A DNA stretch of 64,000 nucleotides from Candidatus Kuenenia stuttgartensis (GCA_945883745.1 CAMCYH010000001.1:16946-80945), one strand, 5' to 3'; positions 29,078-39,825 are shown, numbered from the stretch's first letter. The notes: generated by a model from the letters alone, not told the origin. Numbers and translations: made by a program.

Positions 29078-32000
29078 TCACTTGCCAAGCTCCGAGAGGT
29101 ACCGGACGAGGTCGGCGAATTCTTCGCGGGAAAGCGGGTCGATCAGTCCCGCCGGCATCAGCGACGTGCCTATTGACTCCTCGTCGATCTCGGCCGTAGG
29201 AACCCGGACCTCGCGGTCGAGCGCATCGCGGATCACGAGTGCCTCATCGCTTCTCGCTACCTGGATGCCGGTCACCACGCGACCGTCGTCCGTAAGCACG
29301 ACGAGCGTCTGGTACCCCTCCTTCACGTTCTTGGCCGGATGCACCAGGGAATCGATGATGTAGTCGAGCGGGCTGGCAGCGCCAATCGCCGCGAGGTTGG
29401 GGCCGACCCGCGGCCCATGGTCGCCGACCCTGTGGCAGGCAACACACTTGAGCGATTCGCGACGAAAAATTTCCTCACCTCGCTTCGCATCTGCCTTGGT
29501 GCGGACCTGCTGCACGAAGGCATCGAGGTCTGCACCAGTCATCACGTGGCGGCCGCTGACGGATTCCGCCATGCCGCTGGAGCGGCTGCCGGCAGCGGTG
29601 AGCGCCTGCTGCAGCTCGGGCTCCGGACGACCGGCTGAACTGATCGCCTGCAGACCGGCTTGCACGGCGGCAGCGGGCAGGGTTTTGCTGCCGGTGTCGA
29701 GGACTGCGGCGAGCTTTCCGGCGGCACCCTTGGTCGTGAGAAACCCGCGATAGACGGTATCCAGGGCCTTTGAATCGCCGCACTCGGCCAGAAACACGGC
29801 AGCCTGCGTGGCTGCCGCCTCGGGCCACTTCGCTACCATCGCGGTGATTGCAGTGGCGCGATTCTCAACAGCGGAGTCGGGCCCGCGGGCGATATCGACC
29901 AGGGCAGCACGGGCAGCCTCGCCAGAGAGACTGCCGAGGGCTCGGATCGCTGCCAGTCGGTCAGCTGATGGCCGGGCCACATCGTTGGCGATGGCGGCCA
30001 GCGGCTGACCTGCCGCACCAATGTTCCAGGCCGCGCAGGCTTCGATCGCCGGCGCGAGGCCCGGGCCATCACCCGCCGTGAGAAAGCGGGTGACCACCGC
30101 GAGGTCACCGGCCGGTCTGACCCGCCGCCGGCCCTGCGTCTCGACGAGGAGCCTGAGCAGGCTGGCGGCCTGTGTAGGATCCGTCTTGGGATCGGCGGCG
30201 AGATCAAAAACGAGCCGTAACTCGGTCGGGCCACCGAGCGCCGCGATGGCTTCAAGCGCTGCGGCCTGATCAGTGGCCGTCAGTCTGCCCTGCTGTACGC
30301 GGTCTACGATCCAGGGCACCACCTCCTGCGCCTCTGCCGCTCGGGCGGCAAAGATGATGCGAGCCGGCTTGCCGCCATCATCAAACGTGCCTGCGACGAC
30401 CGCCGGAAGCCAGGCGTCTCGCAGGTCACGAGCCGCCAGCCATACGGCGTAATCCAGGTACTCATCCCGATCGTGATCGACCGCATGAAGGGCCAACTCA
30501 GTGGCCCGCTGGCCACCGATGGCCGCCAGGGCGCCGACTGCCTCCAGTCGCACCTGCGGCGCAGGGTCATCGATCACCGCAGCCAGGAGATCGGCCGGCT
30601 GTTCGATCCGGCCGGCCCAGTCGATCGCAATGCGGGCTGCCGCGGCCCGAGCTCGCGAGTCGGGCGAGGCGAGCACCGCCTTCAGAAGCGGCAGGTCGAT
30701 GTCTGCCGCACTGCCGCGATCGAGTCCCTGTTTGAGCCGCAGTGCCTCCAGTCGCAGTCGCTCGTAATCGGTGCCGGGTCGATCGAGGCTTGCCAGCCAG
30801 CGATCGACATCCGCCCGCACCGCATCGCCGCGGGCAAACAGCTCCCGCCGCGCCATATCGTGCGCATACGACTCCGGCGCTGCGAGCTGGGCGAAAAGCT
30901 CCGCCGTGGCGAGGCCGCGAAAGTCGATCCGTGGTACGAGCGGCCGTCCTTTCGCCGTCACCCGCCAGATCCGGCCATGCTCGCGGTCGCGGCGAGGATC
31001 ACGGAAGTCGACCTCGCCGTGCTGAATGATCGGGTTGTACCAATCGGCGATGTAGATCGCGCCGTCCGGCCCCATCTTCACGTCGATCGGGCGGAATGTG
31101 ACGCGGCTGGAATGAATGAGGTCAGGCAGTTTCATGCTCGCGAACCCCGAGCCAGTCTCGGTGAGGCGGAAGCGGCAGACGCGGTTGGCGCGAAAATCGT
31201 TCGTCACCAGCATGCCCTGGGCATCGTCGGGGAGGTGGCGGCCGCCGATGATCTCCAGCCCGCAATACTTGGGGCTGCCCGGGTTCATGCCGTGCAGGAT
31301 CCGCGGCGTGCCGACCGCCGCCTGATAGGCCGCCCCCGGGAAGGCGTAGTAGATGCCTTCGCCCCCGGCGCCGTCGGTCGCCAGGGACCGCCCCCAGGCA
31401 TCGAAGACGTGGCCCCAGGTGTTGACCCAGCCGCGGGCGAAAACATCGAGCGCGAGCGAATCGGGCGCGAATCGCCAGATTCCGCCGCCGTTGAGCCGCT
31501 GCACGCCGCTGGGGGTCTCCACGTGGCTGTGGATGTAAATCGACTGACTGAAGTAGACACGTGCGTCGGGACCATGGCAGAACGTGTGGATGATGTGGTG
31601 GGTGTCTTCGGCACCGAAGCCGGAGAGCACCGCCCTTCGCTCATCGGCCCGCCCATCGCCGTCGCGATCGATGCAGTGGAGCAATTCCGTACTGTTGGCG
31701 ATGTAGGCGCCGCCGCGGTCATCGGGAAGCACGGCCGTGGGCATGAGCAGGCCATCGGCGAACGTCGTGTGGGCGTCGGCCCGACCATCACCATCACGGT
31801 CTTCCAGAATCGTGACAGTGTCGTTGGCCACCTCACCCGGCCGGATCTGCGGATACACGCTCGACGACGACACCCACAGCCTGCCCTGCGTGTCGAAATT
31901 GATCTGGAGCGGCTTGCTGATCAGGGGATCAGCCGCAAAGAGGCTCACCTCGTAGCCCTCGGCCACCTGCATCGCGGCCAGCTCGGCCGCCGGATCGGGA

Positions 32001-32080
32001 GGTGGGATGTCTTTGAGACCACGCTGGGCAAATGCCGGAGTTGTGGCCGCAATCACACAGCAAGCGATGAGGCAACGCAT
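29078..32080 (-). CDS. PVC-type heme-binding CxxCH protein (beta-propeller dehydrogenase-like domain + HEAT repeats + C-terminal cytochrome c)
   Basis: Signal peptide from ATG 32080 (MRCLIACCVIAATTPAFA). N-terminal glucose/sorbosone-dehydrogenase-like propeller, HEAT-like A/L-rich repeats, and a heme motif LKCVACHRVG near the C-terminus. Confidence 0.88.
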   Translation of the reverse strand: MRCLIACCVIAATTPAFAQRGLKDIPPPDPAAELAAMQVAEGYEVSLFAADPLISKPLQINFDTQGRLWVSSSSVYPQIRPGEVANDTVTILEDRDGDGRADAHTTFADGLLMPTAVLPDDRGGAYIANSTELLHCIDRDGDGRADERRAVLSGFGAEDTHHIIHTFCHGPDARVYFSQSIYIHSHVETPSGVQRLNGGGIWRFAPDSLALDVFARGWVNTWGHVFDAWGRSLATDGAGGEGIYYAFPGAAYQAAVGTPRILHGMNPGSPKYCGLEIIGGRHLPDDAQGMLVTNDFRANRVCRFRLTETGSGFASMKLPDLIHSSRVTFRPIDVKMGPDGAIYIADWYNPIIQHGEVDFRDPRRDREHGRIWRVTAKGRPLVPRIDFRGLATAELFAQLAAPESYAHDMARRELFARGDAVRADVDRWLASLDRPGTDYERLRLEALRLKQGLDRGSAADIDLPLLKAVLASPDSRARAAAARIAIDWAGRIEQPADLLAAVIDDPAPQVRLEAVGALAAIGGQRATELALHAVDHDRDEYLDYAVWLAARDLRDAWLPAVVAGTFDDGGKPARIIFAARAAEAQEVVPWIVDRVQQGRLTATDQAAALEAIAALGGPTELRLVFDLAADPKTDPTQAASLLRLLVETQGRRRVRPAGDLAVVTRFLTAGDGPGLAPAIEACAAWNIGAAGQPLAAIANDVARPSADRLAAIRALGSLSGEAARAALVDIARGPDSAVENRATAITAMVAKWPEAAATQAAVFLAECGDSKALDTVYRGFLTTKGAAGKLAAVLDTGSKTLPAAAVQAGLQAISSAGRPEPELQQALTAAGSRSSGMAESVSGRHVMTGADLDAFVQQVRTKADAKRGEEIFRRESLKCVACHRVGDHGPRVGPNLAAIGAASPLDYIIDSLVHPAKNVKEGYQTLVVLTDDGRVVTGIQVARSDEALVIRDALDREVRVPTAEIDEESIGTSLMPAGLIDPLSREEFADLVRYLSELGK

Positions 32081-32136
32081 CGGAGAAATCCTGAGTGGAT
32101 GTGGAGTACCAGACATTGCGGGACAGGCATGCATCG

Positions 32137-33048
32137 TCAGGGCAGAGCCCGCGCCGCCGCGCGCACCTTCGCTTCGGCAGCCTCGACAAGTGGATCAAAC
32201 TGGGGAATCTCGACGGCGTTGTTCCCCTGTTCGTGCTTGCGAAACAGGAAGATGTAGGTTTCGTTCGCCGGCCGCCAGCGGTGGAAGAAAAGTCGATTCT
32301 TATCGATGACGAGTTGGCGAACCACCGCCGACCGGATGGCGAAGTCAGCTGGCAACTCCCCGCCGCATGCCGCGGCGAACACTCGCGCGGCCGCGGCGTA
32401 GCCTGTCGCGGAGAGATGCACGCCGTTCTCGGTCGCCGAAGATTCGGCGGGCAGCTCGGCAGCGAGCTTCGCAAACAGATCGACAAGTGTGGCCTTCTGG
32501 TCGGCGGCGATCATGCGAATGGCCACGCAGTAGTCAGCCAGAGCGGCGTTGCGATGTGCCGCATCAACGCCCTCGAAGGGGTGCGGTGTGACAAACACGA
32601 GCCGTGTCGCAGAGGCTCCCGCACCTGTGGCGGCTCGCAGGTCTTCGCAGAGTGTGCTGAGCTGGTCACGAAACGCCGCCAGGCCAGCGGGGCCGCGGAA
32701 CGACTCATTGCGGCCGTAGGCCAGGAAGATCACCGTCGGGGAAAGCTCCTTGACGAGCGCAAGCATCCGGGCGTAGCCCTTGGCGGGCGGGTCGAAGACG
32801 CCGCGGGAGTCGGCCCACACGGTGTCGCCGCTCCAGCCGAGGTTGCGGAAGGTCAGCGATGCGGTGGGGTGCGTGGCGACGAGCGCCGTCTCGATAAACC
32901 CCTGCTCCCCTTCTCGCTCGATAAACGTGTCGCCGAGGAGCACCACGCGGTCGCCATCCCGCAGGCAAGGCTCAGCCCAGGCCGCTCCTCCGGACAGGCA
33001 TGAGGCCACAATCAGCCCAACCAGCGTGCAGCCACCGAAAGCCCTCAT
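32137..33048 (-). CDS. SGNH/GDSL-type hydrolase family protein
   Basis: Signal peptide present. Block I reads VVLLGDTFIE (Thr where Ser is expected). Block II GWSGDT, block III AYGRNES, block V ENGVHLS. Confidence 0.8.
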   Translation of the reverse strand: MRAFGGCTLVGLIVASCLSGGAAWAEPCLRDGDRVVLLGDTFIEREGEQGFIETALVATHPTASLTFRNLGWSGDTVWADSRGVFDPPAKGYARMLALVKELSPTVIFLAYGRNESFRGPAGLAAFRDQLSTLCEDLRAATGAGASATRLVFVTPHPFEGVDAAHRNAALADYCVAIRMIAADQKATLVDLFAKLAAELPAESSATENGVHLSATGYAAAARVFAAACGGELPADFAIRSAVVRQLVIDKNRLFFHRWRPANETYIFLFRKHEQGNNAVEIPQFDPLVEAAEAKVRAAARALP

Positions 33049-33084
33049 TGAACAACTCCGTGACTGCCAGTCTTATCGACAGAC

Positions 33085-33101
33085 CCCGCACAGTGTGCGG
33101 G
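33085..33101. promoter_or_regulatory. 17-bp palindrome CCCGCACA-G-TGTGCGGG in the divergent SGNH/sulfatase intergenic region
   Basis: Perfect 8-bp arms around one central base, 37 nt upstream of the SGNH start and about 130 nt upstream of the sulfatase start. Candidate operator. Confidence 0.3.
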
Positions 33102-33229
33102 CCGCTACGCGGTCATGCTCCTACTCCCCGAGCAGTATACTCATCGTAACAAGGGGTGTCTGAGGAAGGAGTCTGAGAAGTGGAAAGTTGCTGGGTCCAA
33201 AACGAGGCAGCGCGAGGATCGGCATTGTC

Positions 33230-34729
<1,500 letters not shown>

Positions 34730-34730
34730 C

Positions 34731-34762
34731 GCCGCGGGGACAATTGCGATCTGCCCCGCGGC
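34731..34762 (+). terminator. Hairpin GCCGCGGGG-N14-CCCCGCGGC immediately after the sulfatase stop
   Basis: 9-bp perfect GC-rich stem starting 2 nt after the stop codon. There is no U-tract. Confidence 0.5.
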
Positions 34763-34836
34763 TGGGCTACACTCGACGGGAATGGGTAGCATGCGGTGGC
34801 TGAGCCGCGCACGCCCTTGTCTTGGGATGAAGGACC

Positions 34837-36492
34837 ATGTTTTTCTCGATTGCCTGCCCCCATTGCCAGAAGACCCTCAAGGTTCGCGATGAGTTGATCG
34901 GCAGCAATGCCCGGTGCCCTCATTGCCGCGGCACGATCACGGTGCAGCGACCATCAACGTCGGAGGAACAAACTGCTGCGACGCCATCCGGTGCTGTCGC
35001 GGCGACGGGCCTCGCCCCCAATGCCGAGCAGCAGAAGGGTGAACCGGCGTCGCCGCCCGTTTCGCAGGTGCTCTCGGTGACGGCCAGCACCGATGTGAAT
35101 GTGGGAATTTTCATCCTGTTCGGAATCGCCGCCACTGTCATTTTTTACCTTGTGCTGTGGCCCTTCGCTGGAGCACCAGCCCAACGCTCCTATCTCGGCC
35201 GGCTCTTCATGGGGGGTGAAGGGGCAACGATGGCGAACGGTCTCTGGGTGCCCTACGCAGAGGTGTTCCTCTTCTTCTGGGCCATTGGCATGCTGATCTC
35301 GAAGTACTTCAAGATCAGGCGGCAGCGACGGGCTTTGTTGTTCGATGTGCTCCCGAGCGACATCGGGGAAAAGATCACCACCAGGAATCTCGACTCCTTT
35401 CTCAAATACATCGGCGAGTTGCCGCGGGACGCCGTCGGCAGTTTTCTGGTGACTCGCTGTGTTCGTGGCCTCGAACACTTTCGTGCCCGTCGAAGCGCGG
35501 CTGATACGGCGACGATGCTTGCCAGTCAGTCGGATCTCGACGCCGGGAGCGTCGACTCGAGTTACTCGCTGTTTCACGTCTTCATCTGGGCGATTCCGAT
35601 TCTCGGGTTTCTCGGCACGGTGATCGGTGTGAGCTCTGCCGTGGGTGGGTTTACTGATACGCTCAGTTCCTCGAGCGATATGGAGTCGCTCAAAGCCGGT
35701 CTTAAGAACATTACCGGTGGCCTCGGCACCTCCTTCGACACCACGCTCGTCGCCCTGTCGATGGCGATGATCCTCACCTTTCCCGTGACGGCCCTCCAGA
35801 AGATGGAAGGCGATGTGATCGGCGAGGTGGACGAATACACCAACGAGTATCTCCTGCGGCGGCTGGAGGATGGCCGCGGCGGGCCGGAGCAGCAGGCGTC
35901 TGGTCATGCGGCCAACCGTATCGACGTCCAAGAGGTGGTCAATGCGGCCCTGACCGCGCACCGCGCTGAGTTGGAGTCGTGGGGCAGCCAGCTCAAGTCG
36001 CTCGGCAGTACCGTCGCGGCGGATCTGCTCGACTCGTGGAAGAAGATTGATGAGCGGGAGACCGAGCGGATGGCCCAGACCGAGGCCATGCTGGGTCGGT
36101 TCGTCGGTCAACTTGACGGTGTCGGCGAGAACATCGGCAAAAGGGTCGAGGCTGGCTGGCTGCAGGTCACCGACGCCATGCATGCCAAGCATGCCGACCA
36201 GGCGGCCCAACTCAACGCTGTGCTCACGCACAGTCGCGAGGAACTCACCGCGATCGCCGTCGACGCCGAGGCGGCTCGCGAGCGGGCCACTCAGGTGATG
36301 ACGCAGGCCGCCGAGCAGGTCAAATCATTTTCTACCACAATGCAGCATGGGCTCTCCGGTCTCTCGGAGACACTGCAGAAACTTGACGGGAAGACGGTGA
36401 CTGTCGAAATGAAGCCGCGAGGCTGGTTCGGTTTCGGTGGTGGCGGCAAAACGAAGGCCGGCACCAACGGCAACATCAAGTATCGATCCTGA
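34837..36492 (+). CDS. MotA/TolQ/ExbB-family proton-channel protein with N-terminal zinc ribbon and long C-terminal helical tail
   Basis: CPHC-x16-CPHC at residues 7-30. There are four hydrophobic segments. The channel signature region is LFHVFIWAIPILGFLGTVIGV ... GGLGTSFDTTLVALSMAMILTF. A roughly 200-aa A/E/Q-rich tail ends in GWFGFGGGGKTKAG. Confidence 0.85.
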   Translation: MFFSIACPHCQKTLKVRDELIGSNARCPHCRGTITVQRPSTSEEQTAATPSGAVAATGLAPNAEQQKGEPASPPVSQVLSVTASTDVNVGIFILFGIAATVIFYLVLWPFAGAPAQRSYLGRLFMGGEGATMANGLWVPYAEVFLFFWAIGMLISKYFKIRRQRRALLFDVLPSDIGEKITTRNLDSFLKYIGELPRDAVGSFLVTRCVRGLEHFRARRSAADTATMLASQSDLDAGSVDSSYSLFHVFIWAIPILGFLGTVIGVSSAVGGFTDTLSSSSDMESLKAGLKNITGGLGTSFDTTLVALSMAMILTFPVTALQKMEGDVIGEVDEYTNEYLLRRLEDGRGGPEQQASGHAANRIDVQEVVNAALTAHRAELESWGSQLKSLGSTVAADLLDSWKKIDERETERMAQTEAMLGRFVGQLDGVGENIGKRVEAGWLQVTDAMHAKHADQAAQLNAVLTHSREELTAIAVDAEAARERATQVMTQAAEQVKSFSTTMQHGLSGLSETLQKLDGKTVTVEMKPRGWFGFGGGGKTKAGTNGNIKYRS

Positions 36493-36543
36493 TGGATCGG
36501 TGCGGTCACCAGCATCTGACGGCGTGAAGGGGAACCCGCGGCG

Positions 36544-37428
36544 ATGGCGAGGCGAGCGAAGAAGAAGCAGGAAGTGTCGCTCTTCCCGTTTCTCGACATC
36601 CTGGCCTGCGTGATCGGCAACCTGATCCTCATCATCACGGCTGTCGTCCTTGAGCAGGTTGACACGAAGCCTGTAGCCGACGCCGCCGAGTACGAAGCGA
36701 AGCTCGTCAAGGTAAAGGAGCAGGAACAGCAGATCGAGAAGCTCGAAAAGGAACTCGAGGAACTGCGGAAGGAGACCGCCAGTACCAGCGTGGAGCTGGA
36801 GAAGATCGAAGAGCAGGTTGAGGCCGCCGAGGAAAAGTTGCGGGAGGCCCGCAGCCAGGTTGCGAAAATCCCCAAGACGCCTCCCAAGATCGATCCTGCC
36901 CTCCTCCAGGAAAAGAAGCTGCTCGAGGATAAGCTGCGGGAATTGGAGGCGGATGCCACCAAGATCAAGGCCGACATCGCCGAAAAACAAAAGAAGCCGG
37001 AGCAATCGATCTCACTTTTGCCCGGCAAGATTGCCGGTCTTGCGGGCGGCGCGCCATCGAAGGCGGTGTTTGTCGAGGTCAACAAAGATGGCCTCGTCAT
37101 CTACCCCGACCAGCCGCTATGGCCTGAGAAGCAGCCGGTCGTGATCAAGATTGACACGATCGCGAAAGACGAGGCTCTCGGTAAGCTCATTGCAGCCGTG
37201 CTCGCCGACGAGGCGGCGATCGTCACCTTCCTGATGCGGCCTGATTCACTCACCGTGTACAGCACCGTCAGGGCACGTTTTGACGCGTTTCAGAAGGCCA
37301 ACGAGGCGAAGCTCAAGAGCCCGATCGATCCCCAGAATCCAGACAGTCCGCTGCAGGTGCGAAAGCTCTATGGGGCAGTACCGCTTCCGGGCGAGGGTGT
37401 TCTCGACTTTTCTGGTGTGCGGGGCTAG
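36544..37428 (+). CDS. ExbD/TolR-like single-pass protein with extended E/K-rich coiled-coil stalk
   Basis: Basic N-terminus MARRAKKKQE. TM helix with Asp (FPFLDILACVIGNLILIITAVVL). Long heptad-like E/K region (EQEQQIEKLEKELEELRKE...). The C-terminal domain has an ExbD-like pattern (AVFVEVNKDGLVIY ... IVTFLMRPDSLTVYSTVRARFDAF). Confidence 0.7.
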   Translation: MARRAKKKQEVSLFPFLDILACVIGNLILIITAVVLEQVDTKPVADAAEYEAKLVKVKEQEQQIEKLEKELEELRKETASTSVELEKIEEQVEAAEEKLREARSQVAKIPKTPPKIDPALLQEKKLLEDKLRELEADATKIKADIAEKQKKPEQSISLLPGKIAGLAGGAPSKAVFVEVNKDGLVIYPDQPLWPEKQPVVIKIDTIAKDEALGKLIAAVLADEAAIVTFLMRPDSLTVYSTVRARFDAFQKANEAKLKSPIDPQNPDSPLQVRKLYGAVPLPGEGVLDFSGVRG

Positions 37429-37446
37429 TGAGCACGGAGTGAACCA

Positions 37447-38694
37447 ATGGCACGACGACGCAGCAAAACCTCGGCTACTGGCGGCAACATGGACTCGTTG
37501 CTCGACGCACTCACGAACGTCGTGGGGATTCTGGTGATCGTGCTGGTGGCTGTGCAGCTGTCGAGCCAGGATGCCGCCCGACAGATCGTTGAGGAATACG
37601 AAAAGAAAATCACTCCGGAGGAGCGGGAAAAAGCCAAGCAGCGGGCCGAGGAAGTGGCTCGCCAGCTCAAGAAGGTCGAGAAGCTCATCCAGCGGGAGAG
37701 GAAGCTTCAGGCTGGTGATCCGGAGAAGGAGCTCGAGAAACTGAAGGACGAACTTCGGAAAGTCGAGGAATTGGCCAAGAAAGAGACGGCGGCTGCCGAG
37801 AAACAGCGGCTGGAGGCCGAGGCCAAGAAGGCGGAAGTGATGGAGCAGATCGATGGGCTCCACAAACTCATCGCCGAACTCGAGGAAAAGAGCAACAAGG
37901 CGGAAGTGCAGAGAATCGCTCTCATGACCGAGTTGAAGGAGACCCGAGCCGCAAAGCCACCTCCTGTCAAGGAGGTGCGGCTGCCGACACCCAAGCCATC
38001 GTTCATGTTCGTCCGCAATACCAAGGGCGAGCCCGAGCTGAAGACGCTCCAGCCGCTGTTTGTGCTCTGTCGGGGTGATCGGATCATTCCGTTTCCGACC
38101 ACGGGACTGTCATGGAAGAACGACCCAAACCTCGAGCGGTGGTTTGTCCGCACGCTCAAGTCGTTGAAAATCACGTCTGACAAAGACGGCTGGCTCATAC
38201 CCAACCCCGAGCTCTACAAGTCGTACGAGGAGATGGCCGACGCGATCGTCAAGGAGTCTCAGGAGAAGCCGTTGAACCTGCGGGGCTACGACGACTTTGA
38301 GATCTCGATGAAGCGGGTTGGGCCGAATCTCAACCTCGTACTCACGCCGAAGGAGAACGCTGGCGAGCGGGTCAACAGTGCAGCCTCAAAGAGTGGCGAC
38401 TTCAACAAAATTCTTTTTGAGATCGCCAGTAGCAAGAACCCCTATTACTACATTCGCTACCTGGTCGAGCCGGATGCCTTCGAAACGTATCTTGAAGTTC
38501 GTAACTTCAGCGACAGCTGGACAATGCCCGGCAACAACGCCGTTCAGGGCTGGCCGGCGGGTTGGGAGCCAATCGCAGAAAACACCTATACCCGGGAATA
38601 CTTCGCTGGTGTCCGGGCTGGCGAAAAACCCCCTGCTCCGACCACTCCCCCTGCGAAGGCTGCTCCGCGGGTCGTCGGCAATGACCTGGACTGA
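37447..38694 (+). CDS. Second ExbD/TolR-like single-pass protein with coiled-coil stalk and larger C-terminal domain
   Basis: Basic N-terminus MARRRSKTS. TM helix with Asp (MDSLLDALTNVVGILVIVLVAVQL). E/K-rich coiled-coil region of about 130 aa. The globular C-terminus includes YYYIRYLVEPDAFETYLEVRNF. The gap after the previous gene is 18 nt. Confidence 0.65.
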   Translation: MARRRSKTSATGGNMDSLLDALTNVVGILVIVLVAVQLSSQDAARQIVEEYEKKITPEEREKAKQRAEEVARQLKKVEKLIQRERKLQAGDPEKELEKLKDELRKVEELAKKETAAAEKQRLEAEAKKAEVMEQIDGLHKLIAELEEKSNKAEVQRIALMTELKETRAAKPPPVKEVRLPTPKPSFMFVRNTKGEPELKTLQPLFVLCRGDRIIPFPTTGLSWKNDPNLERWFVRTLKSLKITSDKDGWLIPNPELYKSYEEMADAIVKESQEKPLNLRGYDDFEISMKRVGPNLNLVLTPKENAGERVNSAASKSGDFNKILFEIASSKNPYYYIRYLVEPDAFETYLEVRNFSDSWTMPGNNAVQGWPAGWEPIAENTYTREYFAGVRAGEKPPAPTTPPAKAAPRVVGNDLD

Positions 38695-38700
38695 TCGCGG

Positions 38701-39825
38701 TCACTCTTCGCTGAGCAGGATCGCCCAGCCCTCCGCTCCCTTCACGTGCGCGAGCACGATCTTGACGGCCGCCAGCATGGGGTAGGCGAGCAGAAGACCA
38801 AGCACGCCCCACACCCAGCCCCAGTAGGCCAGCCAGAGAAACATGAGCGTCGGGTCGAGATTGAGCTGTTGCCCCGACATCCGAATCTCGACAAAGTCGA
38901 TCCACACCATGCGGTTCACGATGAGCAACGCCGCCAGTAGCAACGCCGCCCCCGTCGTCTCGAGCGCGACAAAGCCAAGAACGATCGGCGGGATGCAGGC
39001 GGCGATGCTGCCGATGTAGGTGATGTAATTGGTGGCGAAGAATAGGAAAGCCCACAGCAGCCAGTAATCGAGCCCGAGGGTGGCTGCGATGAGGCCCGCC
39101 GTCAGCCCCATGCCCAGGCCGACGATCGTCTTGACTGCCATGAATCGCTCCATCGATTCGGCGATGCCGCTGCCGATTTGCAGCAGCTTCTGACCGCGCT
39201 CACCGGGAAATGCTTGGGCAATCTTGCCGGGAAGACGCCTGCTCCCCATGAAGAGAAAGACGAGGTAGACGAGTACCAGACTGAACACCTCGGCGGACTC
39301 GAGTCCGTGCTTGAAGACATAGTCGATTGCCTGCTTCGATGCATCCCGAAACATGTCTGTGTAGAGGCCAGCATCAGACCGCCTGGTCTCGCGACCCGCC
39401 CTGGCCGGATCGGTCCCCGGTGCCGGGGGTGGCGGCGTGTCGCCAGCGGCCGACCACGGAAGGAAATCGTCGAGCTGCGGAAGACTATCGATGAGCCGGG
39501 CGATCTTCCGTTCATAGTCGGGCCACTTGAGCCGGAAGGTAATCGCCTCCCGATACACGAGCTGGGCGATGATTGTCGACCCGAGCAGGAGCAGGAGCAG
39601 CAGGCCGAGATAGGCGGCCCGCTGCCCGAGACCGAGGCGGATCAGCGTGTTGACGCCGAAGTGGGCGACATAATAGAGAAATACCGCGAGGAGAAACGGC
39701 TTCAGTACCGGCCCGAGGTAGGTGACCGCAGCACCAACCGCGAGCACAGCCACCACGACTGCGGCCACGGTGGCGGTCGCTACGGATGTCGTCTCTTCAG
39801 GAACCTGCATGCTAGGGTATGCCAT
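38701..39825 (-). CDS. AI-2E family transporter (PerM/UPF0118)
   Basis: Polytopic protein with the typical C-terminal region LMFLWLAYWGWVWGVLGLLLAYPMLAAVKIVL. Start ATG 39825 (MAYPSMQ) is preferred over 39864. Confidence 0.85.
   Translation of the reverse strand: MAYPSMQVPEETTSVATATVAAVVVAVLAVGAAVTYLGPVLKPFLLAVFLYYVAHFGVNTLIRLGLGQRAAYLGLLLLLLLGSTIIAQLVYREAITFRLKWPDYERKIARLIDSLPQLDDFLPWSAAGDTPPPPAPGTDPARAGRETRRSDAGLYTDMFRDASKQAIDYVFKHGLESAEVFSLVLVYLVFLFMGSRRLPGKIAQAFPGERGQKLLQIGSGIAESMERFMAVKTIVGLGMGLTAGLIAATLGLDYWLLWAFLFFATNYITYIGSIAACIPPIVLGFVALETTGAALLLAALLIVNRMVWIDFVEIRMSGQQLNLDPTLMFLWLAYWGWVWGVLGLLLAYPMLAAVKIVLAHVKGAEGWAILLSEE

Noticed and set aside
30473-32257. 594-aa plus-strand ORF opposite the heme-binding dehydrogenase gene.
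   Set aside because: Antisense shadow ORF. The minus-strand frame encodes a signal peptide, propeller, HEAT repeats and a CxxCH motif in a coherent architecture.
36291-37863. Minus-strand ORFs (269, 226 and 205 aa) opposite the coiled-coil genes, with S/L/F-rich translations.
   Set aside because: They are complements of the GAG/AAG-rich coiled-coil coding sequence and give CTC/CTT/TTC-rich low-complexity translations. The plus-strand genes have Shine-Dalgarno-like sequences, TM anchors and a coherent architecture.
34837-38694. Zorya-type anti-phage system (ZorA/ZorB), suggested by the MotA-like protein with a long C-terminal tail.
   Set aside because: No ZorC/D/E/F/G-like effector (nuclease, helicase or HNH) follows. 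The B-like proteins lack an OmpA-type peptidoglycan-binding domain and instead carry coiled-coil stalks. The tail of about 200 aa is much shorter than ZorA tails as I recall them. I therefore keep it as an uncharacterised stator-like module rather than Zorya.
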